DNA of 64,000 nucleotides from Escherichia coli (GTDB taxonomy: Bacteria > Pseudomonadota > Gammaproteobacteria > Enterobacterales > Enterobacteriaceae). The notes under the pieces were generated by a model, which saw nothing but the letters and a program-made list of their open reading frames with translations, had not been told where the DNA came from and ran no database searches. Below, piece after piece: positions 44,469 through 52,056 of the stretch. Location of the stretch: assembly GCF_003790525.1 (NCBI RefSeq), contig NZ_CP033635.1. One strand, 5' to 3'. The position numbers and the translations under genes are program-made. Every line of letters starts with the position of its first letter. The first letter of the stretch is position 1.

Positions 44469-44882
44469 ATGAAGGAATTATTGCTGTTATCGGTATTTTT
44501 GATATCCGCTTGCTCGACATCCTATGATGTTTATGACGGTGTTGATAAGGCATATTGCGACAAAGTTAAAATGGATTTTTCTCTTGCCAAGACGGCGAAG
44601 GATAGTTGTATTGATCACTACGTCAAGACTTATACCAAGCCAGCCTCATCGGCATCTGATATTGCTGAAGGTGCTGTGTTTGAGTGTAACAAGGTGATAT
44701 CCATCGCAGCGAGTTCTTCATACGATGCTGCTGTATGTGCAATGGCTGAAAGAAACGGCATGTCAGTGCAAAAAATTAATAGCATGATAAGCAGTAATGA
44801 CGAAGCCAAAATAAGAACTGATATCAGCTCGGTGAAAAAAGATGCCATGAACAGAGTTGTAAAATATCAGTCATCTTTATAA
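44469..44882 (+). CDS. lipoprotein (candidate superinfection-exclusion/cargo)
   Basis: Signal peptide with lipobox LISAC; low GC; followed by terminator. Confidence 0.5.
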   Translation: MKELLLLSVFLISACSTSYDVYDGVDKAYCDKVKMDFSLAKTAKDSCIDHYVKTYTKPASSASDIAEGAVFECNKVISIAASSSYDAAVCAMAERNGMSVQKINSMISSNDEAKIRTDISSVKKDAMNRVVKYQSSL

Positions 44883-44885
44883 GTC

Positions 44886-44897
44886 GTGACATGTCAC
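44886..44897. promoter_or_regulatory. 12-bp perfect palindrome GTGACATGTCAC (copy 2)
   Basis: Identical to 24761-24772; followed by hairpin aggccgc tttc gcggcct plus T-run. Confidence 0.4.
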
Positions 44898-44920
44898 AGG
44901 CCGCTTTCGCGGCCTTGTTT

Positions 44921-45082
44921 TTAACGAATGCCACCGCCACCCGGGCGGGAATCCGCAGAACGCCCACCGCAGCGGGAGCCGTCAGCAGCAGTGTCGCTGT
45001 CGTGCTGACAACGACCGGCAAAGGCCTGAGTTGAAGCTACCAGAGACAACAAAACGAACAGTGCAGCAAATGCTTTTTTCAT
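44921..45082 (-). CDS. small secreted Gly/Arg-rich peptide with two Cys (53 aa precursor)
   Basis: MKKAFAALFVLLSLVASTQAFA signal peptide then GRCQHDSDTAADGSRCGGRSADSRPGGGGIR. Confidence 0.3.
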   Translation of the reverse strand: MKKAFAALFVLLSLVASTQAFAGRCQHDSDTAADGSRCGGRSADSRPGGGGIR

Positions 45083-45152
45083 TGTGAAATTTCCATCTAT
45101 AAGCCACCTCAATGTGGCGTCAATGAGTGTAGCACTGACTTTTGTTTCGCCC

Positions 45153-45175
45153 ACAAAAAAGCCCGCAGCGCGGGC
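45153..45175 (-). terminator. rho-independent terminator after two-gene cassette
   Basis: gcccgc agcg cgggc hairpin with T-run on minus strand. Confidence 0.5.
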
Positions 45176-45615
45176 TATTCTTCTTCATCATTAAAAAGCG
45201 GATTGTTGTTTCCATCTGATGAAAGGAAAGGTATGTGTTCTCTTGAAAATCCAACAATGACAATTTCATTATCATTTTTTGCATAATGAATGCATTCATT
45301 AGAATGCCTTCCGCCAGGGTTGAAATTTAAGTTAATGGTATAATTCTTAAATGTGTTTGGATACCATGTTGGCCCACAATGATAATGCCAATAATTCTCT
45401 TGCTCATAATTGTCTGAGCCGGGAATTTTATCATGGTTATCATCAACCCACGAGGGCTTGTTTTTTCCAACAAGCGCCCTTCCATTGGCAACATCCTCTA
45501 AAAAACTTTGTATGATTTTTATTTCATCATCAGTAAGGAAAGGTCCGTCTACAGCGAAAGGGGTGTTGCTTTCCCCATGTAGAAAACTATTAGATATTCT
45601 AATGTTAAACTTCAA
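45175..45615 (-). CDS. hypothetical ~147-aa protein, downstream gene of two-gene cassette (candidate toxin/effector)
   Basis: TTG start with SD AGGAG 6 nt upstream (an in-frame ATG at 45756 has no SD and overlaps the upstream gene); contains WHYHCGP and GGRHSNECIH segments; low GC. Confidence 0.4.
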   Translation of the reverse strand: MKFNIRISNSFLHGESNTPFAVDGPFLTDDEIKIIQSFLEDVANGRALVGKNKPSWVDDNHDKIPGSDNYEQENYWHYHCGPTWYPNTFKNYTINLNFNPGGRHSNECIHYAKNDNEIVIVGFSREHIPFLSSDGNNNPLFNDEEE

Positions 45616-45635
45616 GGAAAACTCCTGATGTGCTT

Positions 45636-45803
45636 CTATTTGGAGCGAAATGCCGCCTTGAAGTCGCTGAAAGATGTTCCTGTCTGGTAAACCATATCCT
45701 TGTCGCGCTCTTTGCTTGCGCGGCCAAGCATAACTTTTCCAATGACATCCCAGCATTGCTTGGCTTGTTCATTGTGCTGAGTACGATTTTTCAACGCTGT
45801 CAT
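45636..45803 (-). CDS. hypothetical 55-aa protein, upstream gene of two-gene cassette (candidate antitoxin/regulator)
   Basis: ATG with SD AGGAGG; MTALKNRTQHNEQAKQCWDVIGKVMLGRASKERDKDMVYQTGTSFSDFKAAFRSK; not in ORF track (<60 aa). Confidence 0.4.
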   Translation of the reverse strand: MTALKNRTQHNEQAKQCWDVIGKVMLGRASKERDKDMVYQTGTSFSDFKAAFRSK

Positions 45804-45815
45804 ATCGCGCCTCCT

Positions 45816-45830
45816 TTACCTTTAAGGTAA
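45816..45830. promoter_or_regulatory. TTACC-N5-GGTAA operator-like site (perfect) upstream of two-gene cassette
   Basis: TTACC TTTAA GGTAA. Confidence 0.5.
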
Positions 45831-45902
45831 TAGTACGCTATTCACCCACAGTCTGCAATCTGTACAGAATTATTTAAAGGCACATCCCTGTGCCGCCGCC
45901 CG

Positions 45903-46592
45903 TCAGAAGAACCCAGCCTTGTCGTTGATGTACTCCGCGTGGGTCTGGATATCACGCAGGCATTTGCTCACACCAACAATGTAGCAGAACATGGTGGTCA
46001 GCTCCGCCGCCGCGCCCGATACGTCGTGCCCGTCTTCCTGTAACTGGTTCAGCAGATTCATCAGCAGTGAGTTCTCCGTCAGGCCGAGAACACCAGACGG
46101 AGAATGAATCAGGCTGCGGTAGCCGGGCTTCAGTGGGGCACTGTAGGTTTTGTTCTCTATCTTCATTGCCTGCATCACTGCTGATGCTGTGGCGTTGGCT
46201 ACCTGGTCGGCAACTATCTTTATGCGTTCTTCCTGCGGGAGCGAGTTTTTAATGTAACTTCCGGTGCGGCGGATCTGAGGAAGAACCTCACCTGTAACCC
46301 ATTTACGAAAGCGGTAGGGGATAGTGCCTGGTGTCACTGCGTCGCGGCAGCGGAGGATCAGTGTGTAGAGGCCTGACTCGTTGATAATATTGGTTTCACC
46401 TTGACGGCCTAAGTTAAATTTAGCCCTTTCATCATCATCAAGAGATTTTATTGACATAGTGGGGTTTGTCAGTTGAAGAGCTTTAATAACGTCTTTGGCA
46501 ACAAACCAAGGATTTCCATCAATAACAATGGCTCGAATGGTGGCTTCTGATTCAAAATGAAAAACAGATGGGGTTACGTTAGCAGTCATAGT
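45903..46592 (-). CDS. Bro-N domain protein (antirepressor-like)
   Basis: Start MTANVTPSVFHFESEATIRAIVIDGNPWFVAKDVIKALQL typical of Bro-N/KilA-N-type N-terminus; SD AAAGGTGAT. Confidence 0.55.
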   Translation of the reverse strand, partial: TMTANVTPSVFHFESEATIRAIVIDGNPWFVAKDVIKALQLTNPTMSIKSLDDDERAKFNLGRQGETNIINESGLYTLILRCRDAVTPGTIPYRFRKWVTGEVLPQIRRTGSYIKNSLPQEERIKIVADQVANATASAVMQAMKIENKTYSAPLKPGYRSLIHSPSGVLGLTENSLLMNLLNQLQEDGHDVSGAAAELTTMFCYIVGVSKCLRDIQTHAEYINDKAGFF

Positions 46593-46855
46593 GATCACCT
46601 TTGTAGTTAGGTTAATCACCACTACCGACGCCAATCGGTTGGTGGTGAACTGTGCAGGGTTGGCGTAACCGGCTACAAAGGACCCGGCGCACCTTTCGGT
46701 GCCCCCACACAGCCCACCATAGAATAGGTGCGCTTTACACATAAAAAAACCGCTTATGCGGCATATGTGCCTCTGTAGTAACCCGGGACGCCAATCCCGG
46801 CACTGGATTTTGCCAGTGCCCGATTACTATGGCACAAGAGGAGTGCGATGTAAAT

Positions 46856-46870
46856 TTACCGAAAAGGTAA
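46856..46870. promoter_or_regulatory. TTACC-N5-GGTAA operator-like site (perfect)
   Basis: TTACC GAAAA GGTAA. Confidence 0.5.
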
Positions 46871-46901
46871 TAATAAACACTCTACTTGGTAATTGCAAAC
46901 C

Positions 46902-47159
46902 TTATCTGGTTTGTTTTCGTAATTGTTCGGCACAATAGTCGAGATGTGTTTGCAGATCCCGCATAGACATCTGTGAGCTGGTGACGTAGTTAATCAGTGC
47001 AGTCAGTTCGGCAAGTGGGCCATCGACATTAAATCCATCCTTATCGAGATCCCGGAGTAATTTCATCAAGTGCGATCCCTCCACCAGTGACCTGACGCCT
47101 CCCGGCGTGTGAATCCTTTCGGTAAATCCGTCTTCCAGTGGATAGTGATACTGCTGCAT
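46902..47159 (-). CDS. small protein homologous to the C-terminal domain of the adjacent Bro-N protein
   Basis: IHTPGGVRSLVEGSHLMKLLRDLDKDGFNVDGPLAELT aligns with IHSPSGVLGLTENSLLMNLLNQLQEDGHDVSGAAAELT of 45903-46592. Confidence 0.45.
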   Translation of the reverse strand: MQQYHYPLEDGFTERIHTPGGVRSLVEGSHLMKLLRDLDKDGFNVDGPLAELTALINYVTSSQMSMRDLQTHLDYCAEQLRKQTR

Positions 47160-47235
47160 CTTATCTTCTCCATGCAATAACTGTATATTTATACAGTATC
47201 AAATAATTTGTTTGCTATCCAGCACGTTTTGCAAA

Positions 47236-47250
47236 TTACCCGAAAGGTAA
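47236..47250. promoter_or_regulatory. TTACC-N5-GGTAA operator-like site (perfect) in divergent region upstream of tailspike
   Basis: TTACC CGAAA GGTAA. Confidence 0.5.
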
Positions 47251-47354
47251 TATCTATTCGTATTTACAGTCTTTCTATCCATATGTGGTTTTTCAGGTAA
47301 TAGAATAACCAGATATGCGGCGCAACGGGTGCTGCGACTATCTGGAGATTTAAC

Positions 47355-49544
47355 ATGACGGTCTCAACCGAAGTTGACCACAACGAATACACCGGTAACG
47401 GCGTTACGACATCATTTCCGTATACCTTCCGTATTTTCAAAAAAACCGACCTGGTTGTTCAGGTGTCTGACCTGAACGGGAACGTAACAGAATTGGTTCT
47501 GGATACCGGTTATAAGGTAACTGGAGCGGGCACTTATAGTGGCGGTGAAGTGGTTCTCCAGTCGCCGCTTGCTGCTGGCTGGCGAATTACGATAGAGCGT
47601 GTGCTTGATGTGGTGCAGGAGACTGATCTTCGCAATCAGGGAAAATTTTTCCCCGAAGTTCATGAAGATGCATTTGACTACCTGACGATGCTGATCCAGC
47701 GATGTTTTGGGTGGTTCAGACGTGCATTGATGAAACCATCTTTGCTTGCAAAATATTACGATGCAAAGCAAAACAAAATTTCTAACCTTGCAGATCCATC
47801 ATTTGAGCAGGACGCTGTAAATAATCGCTCAATGCGTAATTATGTCGATGCTGCAATCGCCGGGGTTGTTGGTGGTTTTGGTTGGTTTATACCGTCAGGA
47901 AGCGGGGCAAGACAACGAACATTTCAAAGCAAAATGAGGGATATAATTTCTCCTTGTGATTACGAAGATAATATTTTTATGATTAAGGAGTTGATATCCA
48001 AAGGCAAAAATGCCGCTGTTTTTAACTCATATTATACTTTTGTTATTACTGTTGGCGAATGGGGTGATTTCCCTACACTCAAAGATGCAATCATTGCAGC
48101 CCAGTCAATGAGACCTATGTGGGATGGTGGTAATGCTTTCTGCGAAATAAGAATTAAGACCGGGCATATTATCAACTATCAAATTGAATTCAGTTCAGGT
48201 GTTGATTTGTCTTGGATTAAAATAACATCAGAAGACTCAGTGGTTTTCTCTGACACTCGTTTGTTTACTAAAATCGTTAGAACGTATTACGAATACAAGT
48301 ATTTATTTTACATTTGCGATGCAGCAAAAAGTCCTGTATTTGCTATTCAGATCGAAGAAAATAGAGATGATAGCGATGTTTGTGCATTTATTGTAACTCA
48401 AAAAGCTGAACTTAATTTCTATCCGTATTCAGGTGCTCGAAAGTTCTACGTTGGAATTCATGGTAGTTTTGGTGCAAAAATTAGTGCATATCATACCGGA
48501 TGTGCTCCTGATGAGGAAAGTGTTGCTGCATATATGCCAGAAGGGTATTACGTATGTGATTTTTCTTATAGCAGATACTCTTCCCTGCAACTGGTAAATA
48601 ATGTCAAGGCATCAATGCCTGTAAGCAAGTTTGAACGGTGCACAGAGAGTACGGTTGCGTCAGTTAATTGTATTTATAATGTTAAAGCAGATTTTCAGGG
48701 GTCAAGTGCAAGCTATTGTTATATAGGATGGAATGTAAGAGATGGTTCAAATGTTAATATACGCGACCATAAAACTATACATTGCTCATATCGTGGATTA
48801 ACCTGCATTCATACAGCATATGTTGATGCAAGACGACATGACGTTGAAGAAAGTGATGCAGAAACAAGTGGTAAAGTCCTTGAACCAAATATTGAAAAAG
48901 GTTTTTATGGATGTGCACTTGGTGTGCGTATTGATGGTGCGGGTTGCGTTGATGTTGCTGGTAATGATATGCGCAATTGTGGAACAGCCGTTAATGCAGA
49001 CACTGGTGCTGTTATTTCAGGAAAGGCTGTAGATATCTCAGGGGCTGAGCTGGGATTTGATTGCCATGCAGGAGCATCTGTTAATTTTCCAAGGCTATGG
49101 GGTACAGATATAAAAAAATTAATGCACCTCCAAGATGGTGTAAGGTTTAACTCTAATATTTGTCATGTATTTGGTGCAAATCCCACAAAAGATATTAGAT
49201 GGATTGATGTAGAGAGATCTGAAGCTTCTTTTATGAATGCAACGCTGGATGCAGATTCAGGATTTATTGCCGACTGTGGTAGTAGGATAACCATTGAAGG
49301 AAGTAAAGTTAAAAACCAAACAATAAGAAGTTTTTTTGGATCATATGTGGCTATAAATAATACTGTTGCTGACAGAACTTATTCAGATATAGCCGATGTT
49401 CCGCAGTTGACTATTAGTGGAGGATCTTTTATTTCTGCTACAGGATATTCTAATTCTGACTCCAGCCCTCTGAGGTTGAGCACAACACGAAATACACTTG
49501 GCGTTGGAGGAGCCATATTTTCAACCAATGGGGAAGTTTCATGA
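47355..49544 (+). CDS. tailspike/tail fiber protein
   Basis: 729 aa; conserved-looking N-terminal particle-binding region then AT-rich C-terminal region with repetitive beta-rich sequence. Confidence 0.65.
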   Translation: MTVSTEVDHNEYTGNGVTTSFPYTFRIFKKTDLVVQVSDLNGNVTELVLDTGYKVTGAGTYSGGEVVLQSPLAAGWRITIERVLDVVQETDLRNQGKFFPEVHEDAFDYLTMLIQRCFGWFRRALMKPSLLAKYYDAKQNKISNLADPSFEQDAVNNRSMRNYVDAAIAGVVGGFGWFIPSGSGARQRTFQSKMRDIISPCDYEDNIFMIKELISKGKNAAVFNSYYTFVITVGEWGDFPTLKDAIIAAQSMRPMWDGGNAFCEIRIKTGHIINYQIEFSSGVDLSWIKITSEDSVVFSDTRLFTKIVRTYYEYKYLFYICDAAKSPVFAIQIEENRDDSDVCAFIVTQKAELNFYPYSGARKFYVGIHGSFGAKISAYHTGCAPDEESVAAYMPEGYYVCDFSYSRYSSLQLVNNVKASMPVSKFERCTESTVASVNCIYNVKADFQGSSASYCYIGWNVRDGSNVNIRDHKTIHCSYRGLTCIHTAYVDARRHDVEESDAETSGKVLEPNIEKGFYGCALGVRIDGAGCVDVAGNDMRNCGTAVNADTGAVISGKAVDISGAELGFDCHAGASVNFPRLWGTDIKKLMHLQDGVRFNSNICHVFGANPTKDIRWIDVERSEASFMNATLDADSGFIADCGSRITIEGSKVKNQTIRSFFGSYVAINNTVADRTYSDIADVPQLTISGGSFISATGYSNSDSSPLRLSTTRNTLGVGGAIFSTNGEVS

Positions 49545-49837
49545 TTAAGAGCATTGATGTCACTCCATTTCTTCACTCGCTTTGCGCTTTTGCGGCTCAG
49601 GTACTGGTTGGTATTTTTACCGGAAACTGGGCTTACGGTGCGATAGCCGGTTGTACGTTCTTCATTGCGCGTGAACACACCCAGGCAGAATATCGCTGGA
49701 TAGAAAAGTTTGGGAAAGGGAAACGTATCAACATGCCGTGGTGGGGAGGTTTTGATCCACGCGTGTGGGATGTGGGAAGTCTGTTGGATTTTGCTGTTCC
49801 TGTTGTTTTTTGTTTTTGTGTTTATTTCTCTATTTGA
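49541..49837 (+). CDS. small membrane protein (holin or serotype-conversion candidate)
   Basis: 98 aa with hydrophobic segments; ATGA overlap with tailspike stop. Confidence 0.35.
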   Translation: MIKSIDVTPFLHSLCAFAAQVLVGIFTGNWAYGAIAGCTFFIAREHTQAEYRWIEKFGKGKRINMPWWGGFDPRVWDVGSLLDFAVPVVFCFCVYFSI

Positions 49838-50030
49838 CTGCTACCGCGCCATTAAATGGTGCGGTATTCAACCTGCTCTTCACTGTTTGTTTCTTCAGAG
49901 TCATGTAAAAGGTGAGCTTTATTCTCGGCATGAAAAACAGGGAATTGACGATGTTAAAGTAACAAAAAACCATAAATGGTTTATTATGCGTAATGCTTTA
50001 CTGTTCAGGAGGTTGTTATGCATATAAACG

Positions 50031-50444
50031 GTGGAAAACATGTCAGCTCAACTAACCAGTGAAACTTTAAATCAGTGGCTTAGCATGAGTTCTCTGGCGG
50101 CGGTGATAGCAGGAGTTCCTCCTGAGGTTGCTTTGGGTGCTTTGGCTGGAGCGGTAATTTTTGTTACCTCTGCAGTAGAGTACCCCATCCGTCGCCGGGT
50201 GCTCCTGTCGATGCTCAGCTTTCTTTGCGGCCTTCTCTTTTACAAACCAGCAGCATCAATTCTTATCGGCATAGCCAGCCTGATCCCTACCATCACGCAG
50301 GACTCTTTTGAAAAAGGGATTGTTTTCTCTGCAGGCGCATTCGTGTCAGCAATTGTCGCTGTGCGTATTGGTATATGGCTCTATCACCGTTCCGATAATC
50401 CACGCGAGTTAATTCCGGGGAGAAAAGACGATGGTAACGCATGA
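50031..50444 (+). CDS. membrane protein, holin-like
   Basis: 137 aa, multiple TM segments, immediately upstream of lysis genes. Confidence 0.4.
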   Translation: MENMSAQLTSETLNQWLSMSSLAAVIAGVPPEVALGALAGAVIFVTSAVEYPIRRRVLLSMLSFLCGLLFYKPAASILIGIASLIPTITQDSFEKGIVFSAGAFVSAIVAVRIGIWLYHRSDNPRELIPGRKDDGNA

Positions 50445-50739
50445 GTTTTTTTTGCTTATCACCAATGCAGTTATTTGCACTGGCATAGCAATTCGCGTTG
50501 TCACATTCCGGCGTAACGGCTCTCAACACCGAAGGTGGGGAGGATGGCTTGCTTATTTCCTGATTGTTGCTGCGGCCAGTATTCCTGTTCGTGTCGCCTA
50601 TGCAATCTGGTTACGTACGCCAATGGCTGTGGATTTATCTGAGGTCATTATCAACGCTGTCATGCTAGCTGCGGTTATTAAAACGCGCGGTAACGTCGTT
50701 CAAATTTTCAAAGTATCGAGGTCTAAACATGGAGATTAA
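50431..50739 (+). CDS. membrane protein, holin-like
   Basis: 102 aa, about 3 TM segments, directly precedes endolysin. Confidence 0.45.
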   Translation: MVTHEFFLLITNAVICTGIAIRVVTFRRNGSQHRRWGGWLAYFLIVAAASIPVRVAYAIWLRTPMAVDLSEVIINAVMLAAVIKTRGNVVQIFKVSRSKHGD

Positions 50740-51358
50740 ACAATTCCAGCGAGCTGCTGGTATCAGCGAGGCACTGGCCGCACGCTGGTTCTCGCATATA
50801 ACTTCTGCGATGAAAGAGTTTGGTATCAGCAAACCAGAAGATCAGGCTATGTTTATTGCTCAGGTCGGGCATGAGTCTGGAGGCTTCACCCGGTTGCAGG
50901 AGAATTTCAACTACAGCGTCAGCGGACTGGCTAACTTTGTTCGGGCTGGGCGTCTCACTCAGGGACAGGCCAACGCATTGGGGCGACGTGCAGGCGAACC
51001 ACCATTGCCACTTGAGCGCCAGAGAGCGATTGCCAATCTGGTGTACAGCAAACGCATGGGGAACAATGCCCCTGGTGATGGCTGGAACTACCGTGGGCGC
51101 GGGCTTATCCAGGTTACCGGTTTGAATAACTATCGTGACTGTGGAAACGGTCTTAAGGTTGACCTGCTGGAGAGTCCTGAACTGCTGGCGCAGGACGAAT
51201 ACGCGGCTCGTAGCGCGGCGTGGTTCTTTGCCAGCAAAGGATGCATGAAGTATACCGGCGATATTGCACGTGTAACTCTGATTATCAATGGTGGCCGGAA
51301 CGGCATCGACGACCGGCGCGCGCGATACATCAATGCCAGTAAGGTGCTGGCGGTATGA
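50729..51358 (+). CDS. endolysin, glycoside hydrolase family 19 (chitinase-like lysozyme)
   Basis: [12 protein letters not shown] and [16 protein letters not shown] motifs typical of GH19 phage endolysins. Confidence 0.75.
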   Translation: MEIKQFQRAAGISEALAARWFSHITSAMKEFGISKPEDQAMFIAQVGHESGGFTRLQENFNYSVSGLANFVRAGRLTQGQANALGRRAGEPPLPLERQRAIANLVYSKRMGNNAPGDGWNYRGRGLIQVTGLNNYRDCGNGLKVDLLESPELLAQDEYAARSAAWFFASKGCMKYTGDIARVTLIINGGRNGIDDRRARYINASKVLAV

Positions 51359-51837
51359 TCTGGGCATTCGTAAAAGCATACTGGAAACAGTTGGTTATCA
51401 TGGCGATGCTTGCTGTTCTGGTCATATCAGGAGTTGTAGCCTGGAATGCACACGGTAGTCGTCAGTACGACGCCGGGTATGCGCAGGCGGAAGAAGACCG
51501 CAAAGACGAAGAAGACAAAGTTCGTCAGTACTACGAACAGGAGAAAGTGACCAATGAACGTGAAGCGCAGCAAAGAATCGACCAGGCGCGCAATGATGCT
51601 CTTGATGCTGCCGCTCGCGCTGGCAGGTTGCAGCAACAACTCTTTGCCATCCGTGAGCAGCTCAGGCAGTATAACGCCATTGTCGGCGCTGGGACGTCAG
51701 CCGCAGACACCGGAGTTTTGCTTGCCGACGTGCTCAGCAAATCTCTCGAGAGAAACAGACAACTGGCAGAGTATGCTGACCGGGCAGCCGAAGCCGGAAG
51801 AGTCTGCGAAAAACAGTACGACACCCTGACCAGATAG
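51355..51837 (+). CDS. Rz-like i-spanin
   Basis: N-terminal TM segment plus coiled-coil periplasmic domain; follows endolysin. Confidence 0.6.
   Translation: MIWAFVKAYWKQLVIMAMLAVLVISGVVAWNAHGSRQYDAGYAQAEEDRKDEEDKVRQYYEQEKVTNEREAQQRIDQARNDALDAAARAGRLQQQLFAIREQLRQYNAIVGAGTSAADTGVLLADVLSKSLERNRQLAEYADRAAEAGRVCEKQYDTLTR
51554..51829 (+). CDS. Rz1-like o-spanin lipoprotein, embedded in a different frame within Rz
   Basis: Lipobox LALAGC followed by Pro/Ser-rich sequence; fully nested in 51355-51837. Confidence 0.55.
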   Translation: MNVKRSKESTRRAMMLLMLPLALAGCSNNSLPSVSSSGSITPLSALGRQPQTPEFCLPTCSANLSRETDNWQSMLTGQPKPEESAKNSTTP

Positions 51838-51947
51838 CATGGTATTTTTCATGGCACTGATTTCCGGTGACGGTATATAAAACGGTACGGGAAAAGTTGA
51901 GCTTTGGAAAAATGTTATCACTCAATTGGTTATGGTGTCCGTGAATA

Positions 51948-51964
51948 ATTGAGTGGGAATGATT
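51948..51964. repeat. attR core, 17-bp direct repeat ATTGAGTGGGAATGATT
   Basis: Exact copy of 12365-12381. Confidence 0.8.
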
Positions 51965-51993
51965 TTGATCCCTGCACTATGAATGAACAAAAC

Positions 51994-52018
51994 CCTCTGT
52001 TACTACAGAGGGTTTTTT
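51994..52018. terminator. bidirectional terminator between prophage end and yfgI (presumed original guaA terminator)
   Basis: ccctctg ttacta cagaggg hairpin flanked by A-run and T-run. Confidence 0.6.
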
Positions 52019-52056
52019 ATACTCACGAATCATAGGCTTGAAGTTACTGACATCGC

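Larger units (their letters stand above)
12365..51964. mobile_element. temperate prophage (~39.6 kb), podovirus-like, integrated at 3' end of guaA
   Basis: Bounded by 17-bp direct repeats; integrase next to attL; recombination, immunity, replication, terminase, portal, capsid, tailspike and lysis modules; host synteny guaA/yfgI interrupted. Confidence 0.85.

Noticed and set aside
45175-45756. Extended 193-aa form of the cassette's downstream gene starting at ATG 45756
   Set aside because: That ATG has no SD and overlaps the well-supported 55-aa gene in another frame; the TTG at 45615 with AGGAG is the more plausible start.
46756-46938. 60-aa plus-strand ORF in the Bro intergenic region
   Set aside because: Lies across hairpins and an operator-like site; no SD; region better explained as regulatory or structured RNA.
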